Shown: in pieces, positions 1 to 7,440 of the stretch
How positions within the stretch are numbered: position 1 is the first letter of the stretch
Layout of the letters: the number at the start of each line of letters is the position of its first letter
From: Obrimoposthia wandeli
Taxonomy: Eukaryota
Reading direction: 5' to 3'
DNA length: 64,000 bases
Assembly: GCA_977020255.1 (NCBI GenBank)
Contig: CDROCS010000998.1
Span: 62,001-126,000 of the forward strand
Program-made: the position numbers and the translations under genes
The notes under the pieces: model-generated
The model's input: the letters and a program-made list of their open reading frames with translations, nothing else
The model's database searches: none
Told to the model about the DNA's origin: nothing

Positions 1-1252
1 GTAGCAACTCGAAGAGTCCTTGGCTCAGAGTGCGAAAGAAGCGCTCTATGTAGGGTTTCTCCCAACCAGAAAACGGATTTGCTCTAGATTGGTCGATACC
101 AAGCATGTCGAATATGGCGGTAACGCGTTTGGAAACGTAATCAGACCCGTTATCGGTTCGGGCGATGCCGCCTTCGTTGGGTACACCCCAATCCATTAGG
201 CATTTGCGGAGGAGTAGGCAGATCCCTTCTGAGCTGGAGGTGGGCGATAGCAGTAATTTGACCCGACGGGTATAGACATCAATGGCTGCAATAATGCTGT
301 AGCGAACCAATTTGCCGTTAACCCGCAACTGTACATCGGTTGGAGTGCTATCAAACTCCCAACAGTCGTTCGGGGCTTGCACCCATGGGTACATTTTCCC
401 GAATAAAGGTCGGTGCTTGTTGTTATAGGCATCAGGGTTAGTGAGGTAGGTAAATTTAGCGCCATTATCTGCCATCCATTTATTAACCCAGCGACCAATT
501 GATGAAGAGCTCGGTATATCCCAATGCGGGTAACTTTCGAGTTTTTCTTCAATCATTCGATGCAGCACATGTGGACGCTGCGCCATATGTGGTTTACCTG
601 TTATTACAGCCAACAGATAATTTTGAAGATCGGGCTGTTGCTCAATTTTCCCCTGCCGTTTATTGGCGGAATAATTCCCTGCCAGTCGTGTCATGCCTGA
701 TTCATCAAGTAATTCAGCCCAGCGACGACAGGTGCGCCAACTGATCTGCTTAATCGCGTTATAGACCCAGCTGTCGATACCGAGTTTTTTCTGGTTGTAC
801 TCCTCTACGAACTGACGCTCACCAACAGTCAGACTGTTCACGTCGATGTATGGTTGTAGGTACAATTCGCGGGCTTTTAATATCACCAGTTTGGCATTGG
901 CTTTGGTTTGCTGTTCTCCTGTCAGGCTGTTAAATGCCATTAAGGATTGAGCTTTGCGCTTTTGCTTACCTTTCACGTCGAGCTTTTCATTAAGCGCGAT
1001 GCTTTTGACTGCCTGCTCTCCTTCAATGGCTGCGGTATCTGTTTGGCATAGCGTCTCAATTTCCTGCTTGGCTAAATAAGCACGGGTTTGATCTGGTAAG
1101 CTACTGATGTGATATTCAAATCCTTTTCCTTTTTGTTTTTTTCTCGATTTCCATTCTTCCCTTTCAGCCCGTCGTCTTACCGAAAAAGACGCATTCGGTA
1201 ACCCAGGGGATTCTGATAGTTCTGAGGCGGTGTACCATTCTTTACTCACCAT
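1..1252 (-). CDS. Mu-like DDE transposase A, N-terminal ~417 aa (open off window edge; not in ORF track)
   Basis: Hand translation from ATG 1252: MVSKEWYTASELSESPGLPNASFSVRRRAEREEWKSRKKQKGKGFEYHISSLP (Mu-type N-terminal HTH) ... WEFDSTP ... RTDNGSDY ... KPYIERFFRTL (D-D-E triad). No stop seen in the stretches translated. Confidence 0.93.
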   Translation of the reverse strand, partial: MVSKEWYTASELSESPGLPNASFSVRRRAEREEWKSRKKQKGKGFEYHISSLPDQTRAYLAKQEIETLCQTDTAAIEGEQAVKSIALNEKLDVKGKQKRKAQSLMAFNSLTGEQQTKANAKLVILKARELYLQPYIDVNSLTVGERQFVEEYNQKKLGIDSWVYNAIKQISWRTCRRWAELLDESGMTRLAGNYSANKRQGKIEQQPDLQNYLLAVITGKPHMAQRPHVLHRMIEEKLESYPHWDIPSSSSIGRWVNKWMADNGAKFTYLTNPDAYNNKHRPLFGKMYPWVQAPNDCWEFDSTPTDVQLRVNGKLVRYSIIAAIDVYTRRVKLLLSPTSSSEGICLLLRKCLMDWGVPNEGGIARTDNGSDYVSKRVTAIFDMLGIDQSRANPFSGWEKPYIERFFRTLSQGLFELL

Positions 1253-1469
1253 TAGCCTCCATTAACGAAATGGATAGCGTTTTGGATAAGTCCGTCATAA
1301 TGGCTTTTGATAAACGTCTTTTGGGAAGGCGTTTTTGATCTGGTGCGAAAGTGCTAATGCAATGCAGTACGGTTCGTGGGTTGTAACCGTGAGCTATCGC
1401 CCAGCTCCTTACCGTCCAAGCACTTGCCCTTAAAGCACCTTGTAGTTGATAAGCGGTTTCTATTTCCAT
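1242..1469 (-). CDS. ner: Ner-like small DNA-binding protein of Mu-like phage
   Basis: 75 aa basic HTH-like ORF, divergent from the repressor, overlapping the transposase start (ATGGTGAGTAA). Confidence 0.75.
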   Translation of the reverse strand: MEIETAYQLQGALRASAWTVRSWAIAHGYNPRTVLHCISTFAPDQKRLPKRRLSKAIMTDLSKTLSISLMEANGE

Positions 1470-1508
1470 TTAGTCACCCCGTGGTAATATAATGATTGCG
1501 AGTAAGTT

Positions 1509-1628
1509 TCTTATTGCGACAATAAGACGATATTGCAAACTATAAGACGCATCAAGAACAATAAGACTCTATTTTATAAATTATAAAACCCCATCGCACT
1601 ATTGTATGAAACAGATGCAATATAAGAC
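1509..1628. promoter_or_regulatory. Immunity/operator region with repeated ATAAGAC motifs
   Basis: ATAAGAC at 1522, 1542, 1561 and 1622; ATAAAAC at 1582; inverted TCTTATT at 1509. Lies between divergent ner and c. Confidence 0.6.
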
Positions 1629-1701
1629 GCGACCATGTGTTTTTCTTAATTTCTTAGTCCTCATGAATAATGGATTAAACCACTGATTTTTAGGTCATTT
1701 A

Positions 1702-2526
1702 ATGAAAAAGCACGTTAAAGTAGAGAAAAGCACACTAGGTGCTTTTAATAAGGACGGAATCGCACATTTTTCAGCGCGTCTAAAAGAACTAATTGGGAAT
1801 GAATCTATTCGGAGCTTTGGGGAGAGTGTCGGGATTACAGATAGTGGTTTACGAAAATACCTTCCGCCAAATAGCTCCAAGCCTACTTTTGATAAGTTGG
1901 TGGCTATTGCCGATTACAAAGGTGTTCGACTTGAATGGCTGGCGACAGGGAATGGACCTAAGTTAACAGAGTCAACTTCTCACACAATTGAACATTTTCA
2001 GCCTAAAAATCACATTAATAAGAACCTGAAATGGGACAATTTGATTTCTGTCAGTGCTTACTGCAATGACGACGCACAGCAAGAAGATGAAGCCAACGAT
2101 GCTATTAATGAAGAGTTTGTATTAGTTCCAGGCTATCACATTCAAGTATCTGCAGGTCACGGTACATCAGCTATCGATGCGCCAGTGAAGCGATACCTAG
2201 CATTCAGACGTAAATATATTCAATACCGGAAATTGGATCCTAATAAGCTTGCTGTCATTTTTGCTAAGGGCGATTCGATGGATCCGACGATCAAGGATAA
2301 CGATTCACTGCTGATAGATCTCAATGCTAATAAGCCACTTGATGGGAAGATCTTCGTCGTTCGTTTAGGTGATGAGCTTTATGCCAAGCGCGTCCAAAAG
2401 AGCTTCGATGGATCGCTGCGCCTAATCAGTGATAATAAAGAGTATTCTCCGATAGAAGTTTCGACAGACCAACTCGACCAGCTTTGCATCATAGGTCGTG
2501 TTGTTCAGCGCTCAACAGATCTTTAA
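1702..2526 (+). CDS. Phage repressor, HTH + S24 peptidase (cI/LexA-like)
   Basis: N-terminal HTH; VSAGHG Ala-Gly cleavage-type site; GDSMDP catalytic Ser and YAKRVQ Lys. Confidence 0.92.
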   Translation: MKKHVKVEKSTLGAFNKDGIAHFSARLKELIGNESIRSFGESVGITDSGLRKYLPPNSSKPTFDKLVAIADYKGVRLEWLATGNGPKLTESTSHTIEHFQPKNHINKNLKWDNLISVSAYCNDDAQQEDEANDAINEEFVLVPGYHIQVSAGHGTSAIDAPVKRYLAFRRKYIQYRKLDPNKLAVIFAKGDSMDPTIKDNDSLLIDLNANKPLDGKIFVVRLGDELYAKRVQKSFDGSLRLISDNKEYSPIEVSTDQLDQLCIIGRVVQRSTDL

Positions 2527-2542
2527 ACACCTTTTGTGTGTG

Positions 2543-2733
2543 CTTTTGCCAAAGTGGGCGAATTGTCATTTCGCCCGAACATTTTCTGATATAAACACAC
2601 TTTTTGCCATTTTCAGTGTTTTCATGCTCAAAACAACACTCTGCCTACGATCCCTTTAAATACAAGGCTCGCCCACGAGATCCTGCACAATCCCACCTAC
2701 TCTCATATTTGTCATTCTTTATGGTCGGTTACA
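2543..2733 (-). repeat. Putative transposase-binding sites of the prophage end
   Basis: On the minus strand, AATG(A/G)CAA(A/T) occurs at about 2708-2718, 2601-2612 and 2562-2571, with TTGGCAAAA near 2544-2552. One terminal site, a ~95 bp gap, then clustered sites, like Mu L1...L2/L3. Confidence 0.55.
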
Positions 2734-2905
2734 ATACCTGCCAGCTAAAGACTACGATTGCCACAATCACAACTGTCCACACTAAACGTTCGATCCAACT
2801 CTTGCGGCTATAGTAGTTAAATGGGTCTGGCTCACCGCACTGTGGGCAGCTATGGGCTCGTTTCGAAATTAGTTTTTCGCAAATTGGACAGGCAAAAAGT
2901 GGCAT
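2729..2905 (-). pseudogene. Small double-CxxC zinc-ribbon membrane protein interrupted by the prophage
   Basis: GGAG RBS, ATG 2905: MPLFACPICEKLISKRAHSCPQCGEPDPFNYYSRKSWIERLVWTVVIVAIVVFSWQV-L*. The last codon and stop come from the phage end (T|TG TAA). Confidence 0.7.
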
Positions 2906-3255
2906 ATGACTTTACTCCTTCCGTTACAGTGACAATCTAAAGGTAGTGCAAAAATAATACGTTATTAGCAACAGTTAATAAGTATATTCAATAATATCAA
3001 GATCTACCTGCTTTGCTTTATGCTACTCATGAATTGTCTTAAAACGTACAACACATTTCGGGGCAAAGATGAGTCAGCCAAGAGTTTAACATCAGTACGG
3101 TTCACAGTTTAACGATGATATCCGATAAACAACAGTCACTTTTGATTGAAATTTAAGCAGGTTGTTTTTGGGTTTTTTTGGTTTTCTGAATTAGAGTGAA
3201 CCTCTCAGGTGCTAGACTTAATGTAACCATATAATAACTAATTGGAATAAAAGTA

Positions 3256-3645
3256 ATGAGCTATAAGCACATATTAGTGGCAATTGATTTATCTCAATCC
3301 AGCCAGCTAGTGATTGATAAAGCGATCTCATTAGCTAAAGACGCTAATTGCAAACTTTCATTTGTTTTTGTGGATGTTGATAAGGTGGTTTTAGCACAAA
3401 AAGAAAAACTGACATTACAGAAAGAGTTACAAACACTGGCGGAACAGAGTGATTATCCGATTACTGACACCTTAGTCGTCATAGGCGATCTCCATATAAA
3501 ACTCTCGGGAATAGTTAAAGAAATGGATATCGATTTAGTTGTTTGCGGCCACCATCATACATTTTTGAGTCGTCTGTTCTCATCTGTACCCAAATTGGCA
3601 AATGCCGTTGAGACCGACTTATTAGTTGTTTATCTTGACCAATGA
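3256..3645 (+). CDS. uspA: Universal stress protein A family
   Basis: MSYKHILVAIDLS...DLVVCGHH signature, 129 aa. Confidence 0.9.
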   Translation: MSYKHILVAIDLSQSSQLVIDKAISLAKDANCKLSFVFVDVDKVVLAQKEKLTLQKELQTLAEQSDYPITDTLVVIGDLHIKLSGIVKEMDIDLVVCGHHHTFLSRLFSSVPKLANAVETDLLVVYLDQ

Positions 3646-3777
3646 TGGATAGCGCCATATTCATAAAGCGTACAGAACGTCATACCCGTTTGCGAGGCAT
3701 CAAAATTCAGCTCACGCCCGAGCGAGCATTGATATGTGCATTGCCTTCTAAGGTGATTGAATAGTTAGCCCTCGCTA

Positions 3778-4005
3778 TTAAATCAGCCCTTCTTCTCGGG
3801 CCTGATCTAGTACAGCCTCATCTGCATCTGCCATCACCACTTCCCAGAGTTCACCTATCTGATCGGCCTCTTCGCCACTGGTCAGCTTCTCCAACTTGTC
3901 GAGATGGCGCAGTGATTCAATGGTTAAATGCTCTTTAAGCAGGGCTTGAGCTTGGTTTAAATGCTCTTTAAACAGGGCTTGAGTTTGGTTTAAATGGGTC
4001 ATCAT
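3778..4005 (-). CDS. Small acidic hypothetical protein with an 11-aa tandem duplication
   Basis: AAGGA RBS before ATG 4005; HLNQTQALFKE/HLNQAQALLKE repeat; coding-like composition. Confidence 0.6.
   Translation of the reverse strand: MMTHLNQTQALFKEHLNQAQALLKEHLTIESLRHLDKLEKLTSGEEADQIGELWEVVMADADEAVLDQAREEGLI
3924..3996. repeat. 33-bp tandem repeat (2.2 copies), in frame
   Basis: ttaaatgctctttaagcagggcttgagcttggt / ttaaatgctctttaaacagggcttgagtttggt / ttaaatg. Confidence 0.9.
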
Positions 4006-4714
4006 CTGTCCTTTTTTGTTAACTCGCAGTAGTAACCGCTTCGGTAATGAATGCAAATGCATCCGATAAAGTGCTTTCTAATGTCTGGGCCGCTAACAAC
4101 CAAGCGGCAAAATGCTAGGCAAAGCATTAACTGTTATTGAGGCCACCGTATTTCGTCAATGATGGTTGCCCCTCACCTTCGGCGAAATTTAAAGCTTACC
4201 CATTTTATAGTAGACCTGATGGCCCATTTCGTGCACCCAAGTCGTCACAATTCTGACTGATAAATTAAGTTAATTATCTGCCGCTGCTGAAAATGACCAA
4301 TATCGGGGGAGGCAAGGCGCGGTAAGTGTCACCATCAAGGGCTAACTCACTCTTACCTTCATGGGTACGCTCTAGGAAATTCAGATACGTTTTTGAGCCA
4401 GTCACCATCACGGCAATGGCTTCAACGTAGGGGGCTAATAATGGAGGGTTTATCGAAACCAAAAGATAAGCCGCACCATTGCAGTGCGGCTTTGTTCGAT
4501 TTACTTACCTTCGTCTACCTACTCAGCACACGCAAGGTTTTTACTGTATATCGTCTTTCTGTCTTCGCCACTCATTACGATGAGTATGCCGTATTCGATG
4601 CTATAAGTAGCTTTATCGAACTAGTCTGTATTGGCGAAGTAAAACAAATTTTCGGTGTATCTACCAAATTGTTAACACTGAAGTTGTCGACTTAGTGCTT
4701 TTCGCATTACACAT

Positions 4715-4799
4715 TTTGTTACTTGTTATCTTTGTTACTTGTTATCTTTGTTATTTGTTACCTTTAGTTACTTGTTGCCTTTGTTACTTGTTACCTTTG
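4715..4799. repeat. Intergenic 16-bp tandem repeat, 5 copies (TTTGTTACTTGTTAYC)
   Basis: Units at 4715, 4731, 4747, 4763 (17 bp) and 4780, with no spacers. Confidence 0.9.
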
Positions 4800-5187
4800 T
4801 ATCATAAGGCACCTGATGTAATCATCAAGTACACCCTGAAACCTGCATTCTGAGTAAGACGAGTACCGCTCATATCCTCCGAGAAGCTAAACCATTTAAA
4901 CACTCAATACAGGTCACAACTTAAATATGGTCAAGGATTGCGAATTAAGCAAATTATTTTTCTATATCTATAGAGACAACTTCAAAATTTCATTTATCCA
5001 AAGATTTACACTGACTTTCACCGCTAAAACGACGATAAAATGTTGATTAAAAATACCACTTTTAAGCATTGATTAAACAATACAATGTTATTTTAGTGTA
5101 ACATTTGCAACGGGTTCTCTAGCGCCAGATTTGAGGGCATTCTTAGCCTCACGAAAATGAATCGAAATCAAAAGGATTGTGATATAG

Positions 5188-6153
5188 ATGTCAGCGATAG
5201 GCGTTGCTTTACTACAAGTTCCAACAGCCCAAGCCGCATTAGCATTGGCTTTTACAGGGTTAGGATTAGCATGGTCACTCTTTTTACCCAGTGGTGGCGA
5301 TATTATTCGCGGAATATGTGCTCTTATCGGCGCCTGTCTATTAATACCTGTAGTACTTAAATATATCTTCAATCCGCAATTATTTATTGTCGATTTAAAA
5401 CACCCGCTTTATGGCAGTTTAATGGCGCCGATGTCGATGACTATGCTGGTTTTATCCGATTATTGGTCTTCTATGCATGTAGTGAGTGCCCGCTTACTTT
5501 GGTACCCCGCTTTAGTGCTTCACTTTACTATGATGATACTTTTTTTTAGTTTTCAACTCCGTAAATTCCGCTTAACCCACCTCTACCCTAGTTGGTTTTT
5601 ATACCCTGTAGGTGCTATCAGCGGCACGCTAGCAGGCGCTCAACTGGGGCACTCAGATTTAGCCATTACCATGACGCACTTCTGTATAGCTATATATTTT
5701 ATCATGCTACCTGTAGTGCTTTATCGCTTGTGCTTTGCAGGTAGAATGCCTCGCCCAGCAAGACCAACATTGGCCATTATGGCCGCCCCTGTTAACCTTT
5801 CTTTGACAGCCTATTTACTTAATGTTGCTGAACCCGACCCCGTTCTAGTTGGCGCATTAGCAGGAGTCGGTATCACCATGACTATTCTGGTGTATTTGTG
5901 TTATTTCGATCTTTTAAAACATCGATTTCAACCATCATTAGCGGCTGTTACTTTTCCTTCAGTAATTAGTGCTGTATCGATCGACCGCTTAACCGATTGG
6001 CTAGTAATTGATCATCCACACTGGGCTTGGTTAGAACGATTAGGCATATTTGAAATTACTGTCGCAACTGGGTTAGTCTTGTGGGTAGGGTGGCATTATA
6101 TTTTTTATTACTGGCCGAAAAAAAATCCAAAGAGCAACTTATCAACTAAGTAA
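5188..6153 (+). CDS. TDT/SLAC1 (TehA-like) transporter
   Basis: About 10 hydrophobic segments; YPSWFLYPVG, AIMAAP and AVTFP motifs typical of the TDT family. Confidence 0.8.
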   Translation: MSAIGVALLQVPTAQAALALAFTGLGLAWSLFLPSGGDIIRGICALIGACLLIPVVLKYIFNPQLFIVDLKHPLYGSLMAPMSMTMLVLSDYWSSMHVVSARLLWYPALVLHFTMMILFFSFQLRKFRLTHLYPSWFLYPVGAISGTLAGAQLGHSDLAITMTHFCIAIYFIMLPVVLYRLCFAGRMPRPARPTLAIMAAPVNLSLTAYLLNVAEPDPVLVGALAGVGITMTILVYLCYFDLLKHRFQPSLAAVTFPSVISAVSIDRLTDWLVIDHPHWAWLERLGIFEITVATGLVLWVGWHYIFYYWPKKNPKSNLSTK

Positions 6154-6337
6154 CGGTAATCAATAACCCTATTGGCTGCGATTCAAAATCATCAGTCTGA
6201 ACAGATATTTTATAACACTGCAATATTCGCTATTAAGTTAGCAATATTGGTCAGGAACTTCACTCTCATTATACGGATACTTACTGCCATTCAAAAAGCA
6301 GATTTACAGATACCTGTGAATGTAAAAAGGTCATAAC

Positions 6338-7198
6338 GTGCAGATAGATGAAAGTTATCAAAGAAGGATCGATAAGGTGTGTGATTACATATATGCACAC
6401 CTCGACGACGAGCTAACCGTTGAGGATCTCAGTAAAGTCGCTCACTTCTCTAAGTATCACTTTCACCGCCAATTCACACACTATATGGGTATTGGTGCAT
6501 TCAAATTTATTCAACAGCTAAGGCTTAAGCGCGCTTCTTATCAGCTTTTTTTTCATCGAGACACGCGCATAATCGATATCGCTCTTGATGCTAATTTTGA
6601 ATACCCAGAATCTTTTTCACGTGCATTCAAAAAAGTATTTGCTCAATCGCCTTCTGAATTTCGCCACCAATCTAACTGGTTGCAATGGCATCAAAAATAT
6701 CATTATCGAGAGATAAAATTGGAGAAGAATATGAAGGTTGAAATTAAACACTTCGCTAAAACAAAAATAGCCGTCATGGAGCACCAAGCAGCCCCTGAAC
6801 TCGTCAACGAATCTGTCGGCCGATTCATTGAATGGCGTAAAACCACGGGTCTATCGCCCATTCTAACCAGTCGATCTTTTGGTATCATTTATAACGACCC
6901 AAAAGTAACAGCACCAGAAGATTTTCGGTTTGATATTTGTGGCGAAGTAAAAACAGCAATTAAAGACAATACGTTTGGCATTGTAAATAAAACACTTTCA
7001 GCAGGTAGATGTGCTGTTATTAGGCATCATGGCTCTCATAACGGCTTAGATACGAAAATTCATTACCTTTATGGTCAATGGTTACCTGAAAGCGGTGAAG
7101 AATTACGCGATGACCCCTGTTTCTTTCACTATATGAATTTCTTTCCTGAAGTGTCTGAACATGAATTAATTACTGATATTTACCTGCCATTGAAATAA
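6338..7198 (+). CDS. AraC-family regulator with C-terminal GyrI-like ligand-binding domain
   Basis: N-terminal AraC double HTH (SKYHFHRQF, FSRAFKK) and C-terminal GyrI-like domain (YNDP...FRFDIC, YGQWLPESG). Confidence 0.9.
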   Translation: MQIDESYQRRIDKVCDYIYAHLDDELTVEDLSKVAHFSKYHFHRQFTHYMGIGAFKFIQQLRLKRASYQLFFHRDTRIIDIALDANFEYPESFSRAFKKVFAQSPSEFRHQSNWLQWHQKYHYREIKLEKNMKVEIKHFAKTKIAVMEHQAAPELVNESVGRFIEWRKTTGLSPILTSRSFGIIYNDPKVTAPEDFRFDICGEVKTAIKDNTFGIVNKTLSAGRCAVIRHHGSHNGLDTKIHYLYGQWLPESGEELRDDPCFFHYMNFFPEVSEHELITDIYLPLK

Positions 7199-7260
7199 AT
7201 AAGTGAAGCTGACTTATCTTGAACGCCAGCTTTATACACTCACTTAACTACATCAACATC

Positions 7261-7289
7261 AAAACGGCTTGCGGCATCAGAGCCGTTTT
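7261..7289. repeat. Degenerate copy of REP/terminator-like palindrome family A
   Basis: AAAACGGCTTGCGGCATCAGAGCCGTTTT, compared with copies at 10137, 13011 and 14456. Confidence 0.55.
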
Positions 7290-7440
7290 ATTAAACAGTT
7301 AAGACGTCCATATTGCCCCTATCTACAATACTTTCATGTGTATAGATTACCTTTCTTAAATATCAAATTAATTAAATGTATATTTAAAATACCTCTTTAT
7401 AGGGGTAGTATCGTAGCCACAACTAACAAAAACGAAAATT

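Larger units (their letters stand above)
1..2733 (-). mobile_element. Mu-like transposable prophage, c (left) end; continues beyond window start
   Basis: Gene order c repressor <- / ner -> / transposase A -> as in Mu. The minus strand from 2733 reads TGTAACCGACCATAAAGAATGACAAA (TG terminus), and a host ORF is cut at exactly this point. Confidence 0.9.

Noticed and set aside
196-744. ORF-track ORFs 196..552(-) and 499..744(+)
   Set aside because: They are off-frame or antisense shadows of the transposase A frame read from 1252.
4019-4462. Possible PfkB/ThiD-type kinase pseudogene upstream of the small acidic gene (…FAAWLLAAQTLESTLSDAFAFITEAVTTAS*)
   Set aside because: The C-terminal resemblance is weak, the diagnostic GxGD motif is absent and there are several stops; cannot assign without BLASTX.
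4715-4799. Possible CRISPR mini-array
   Set aside because: Units abut with no unique spacers, are only 16 bp, and no cas genes are nearby.
7345-7365. FNR site upstream of the molybdoenzyme (also half-sites near dcu, ackA and hcr)
   Set aside because: Only ATCAA or TTGAT half-sites in AT-rich DNA; indistinguishable from chance.
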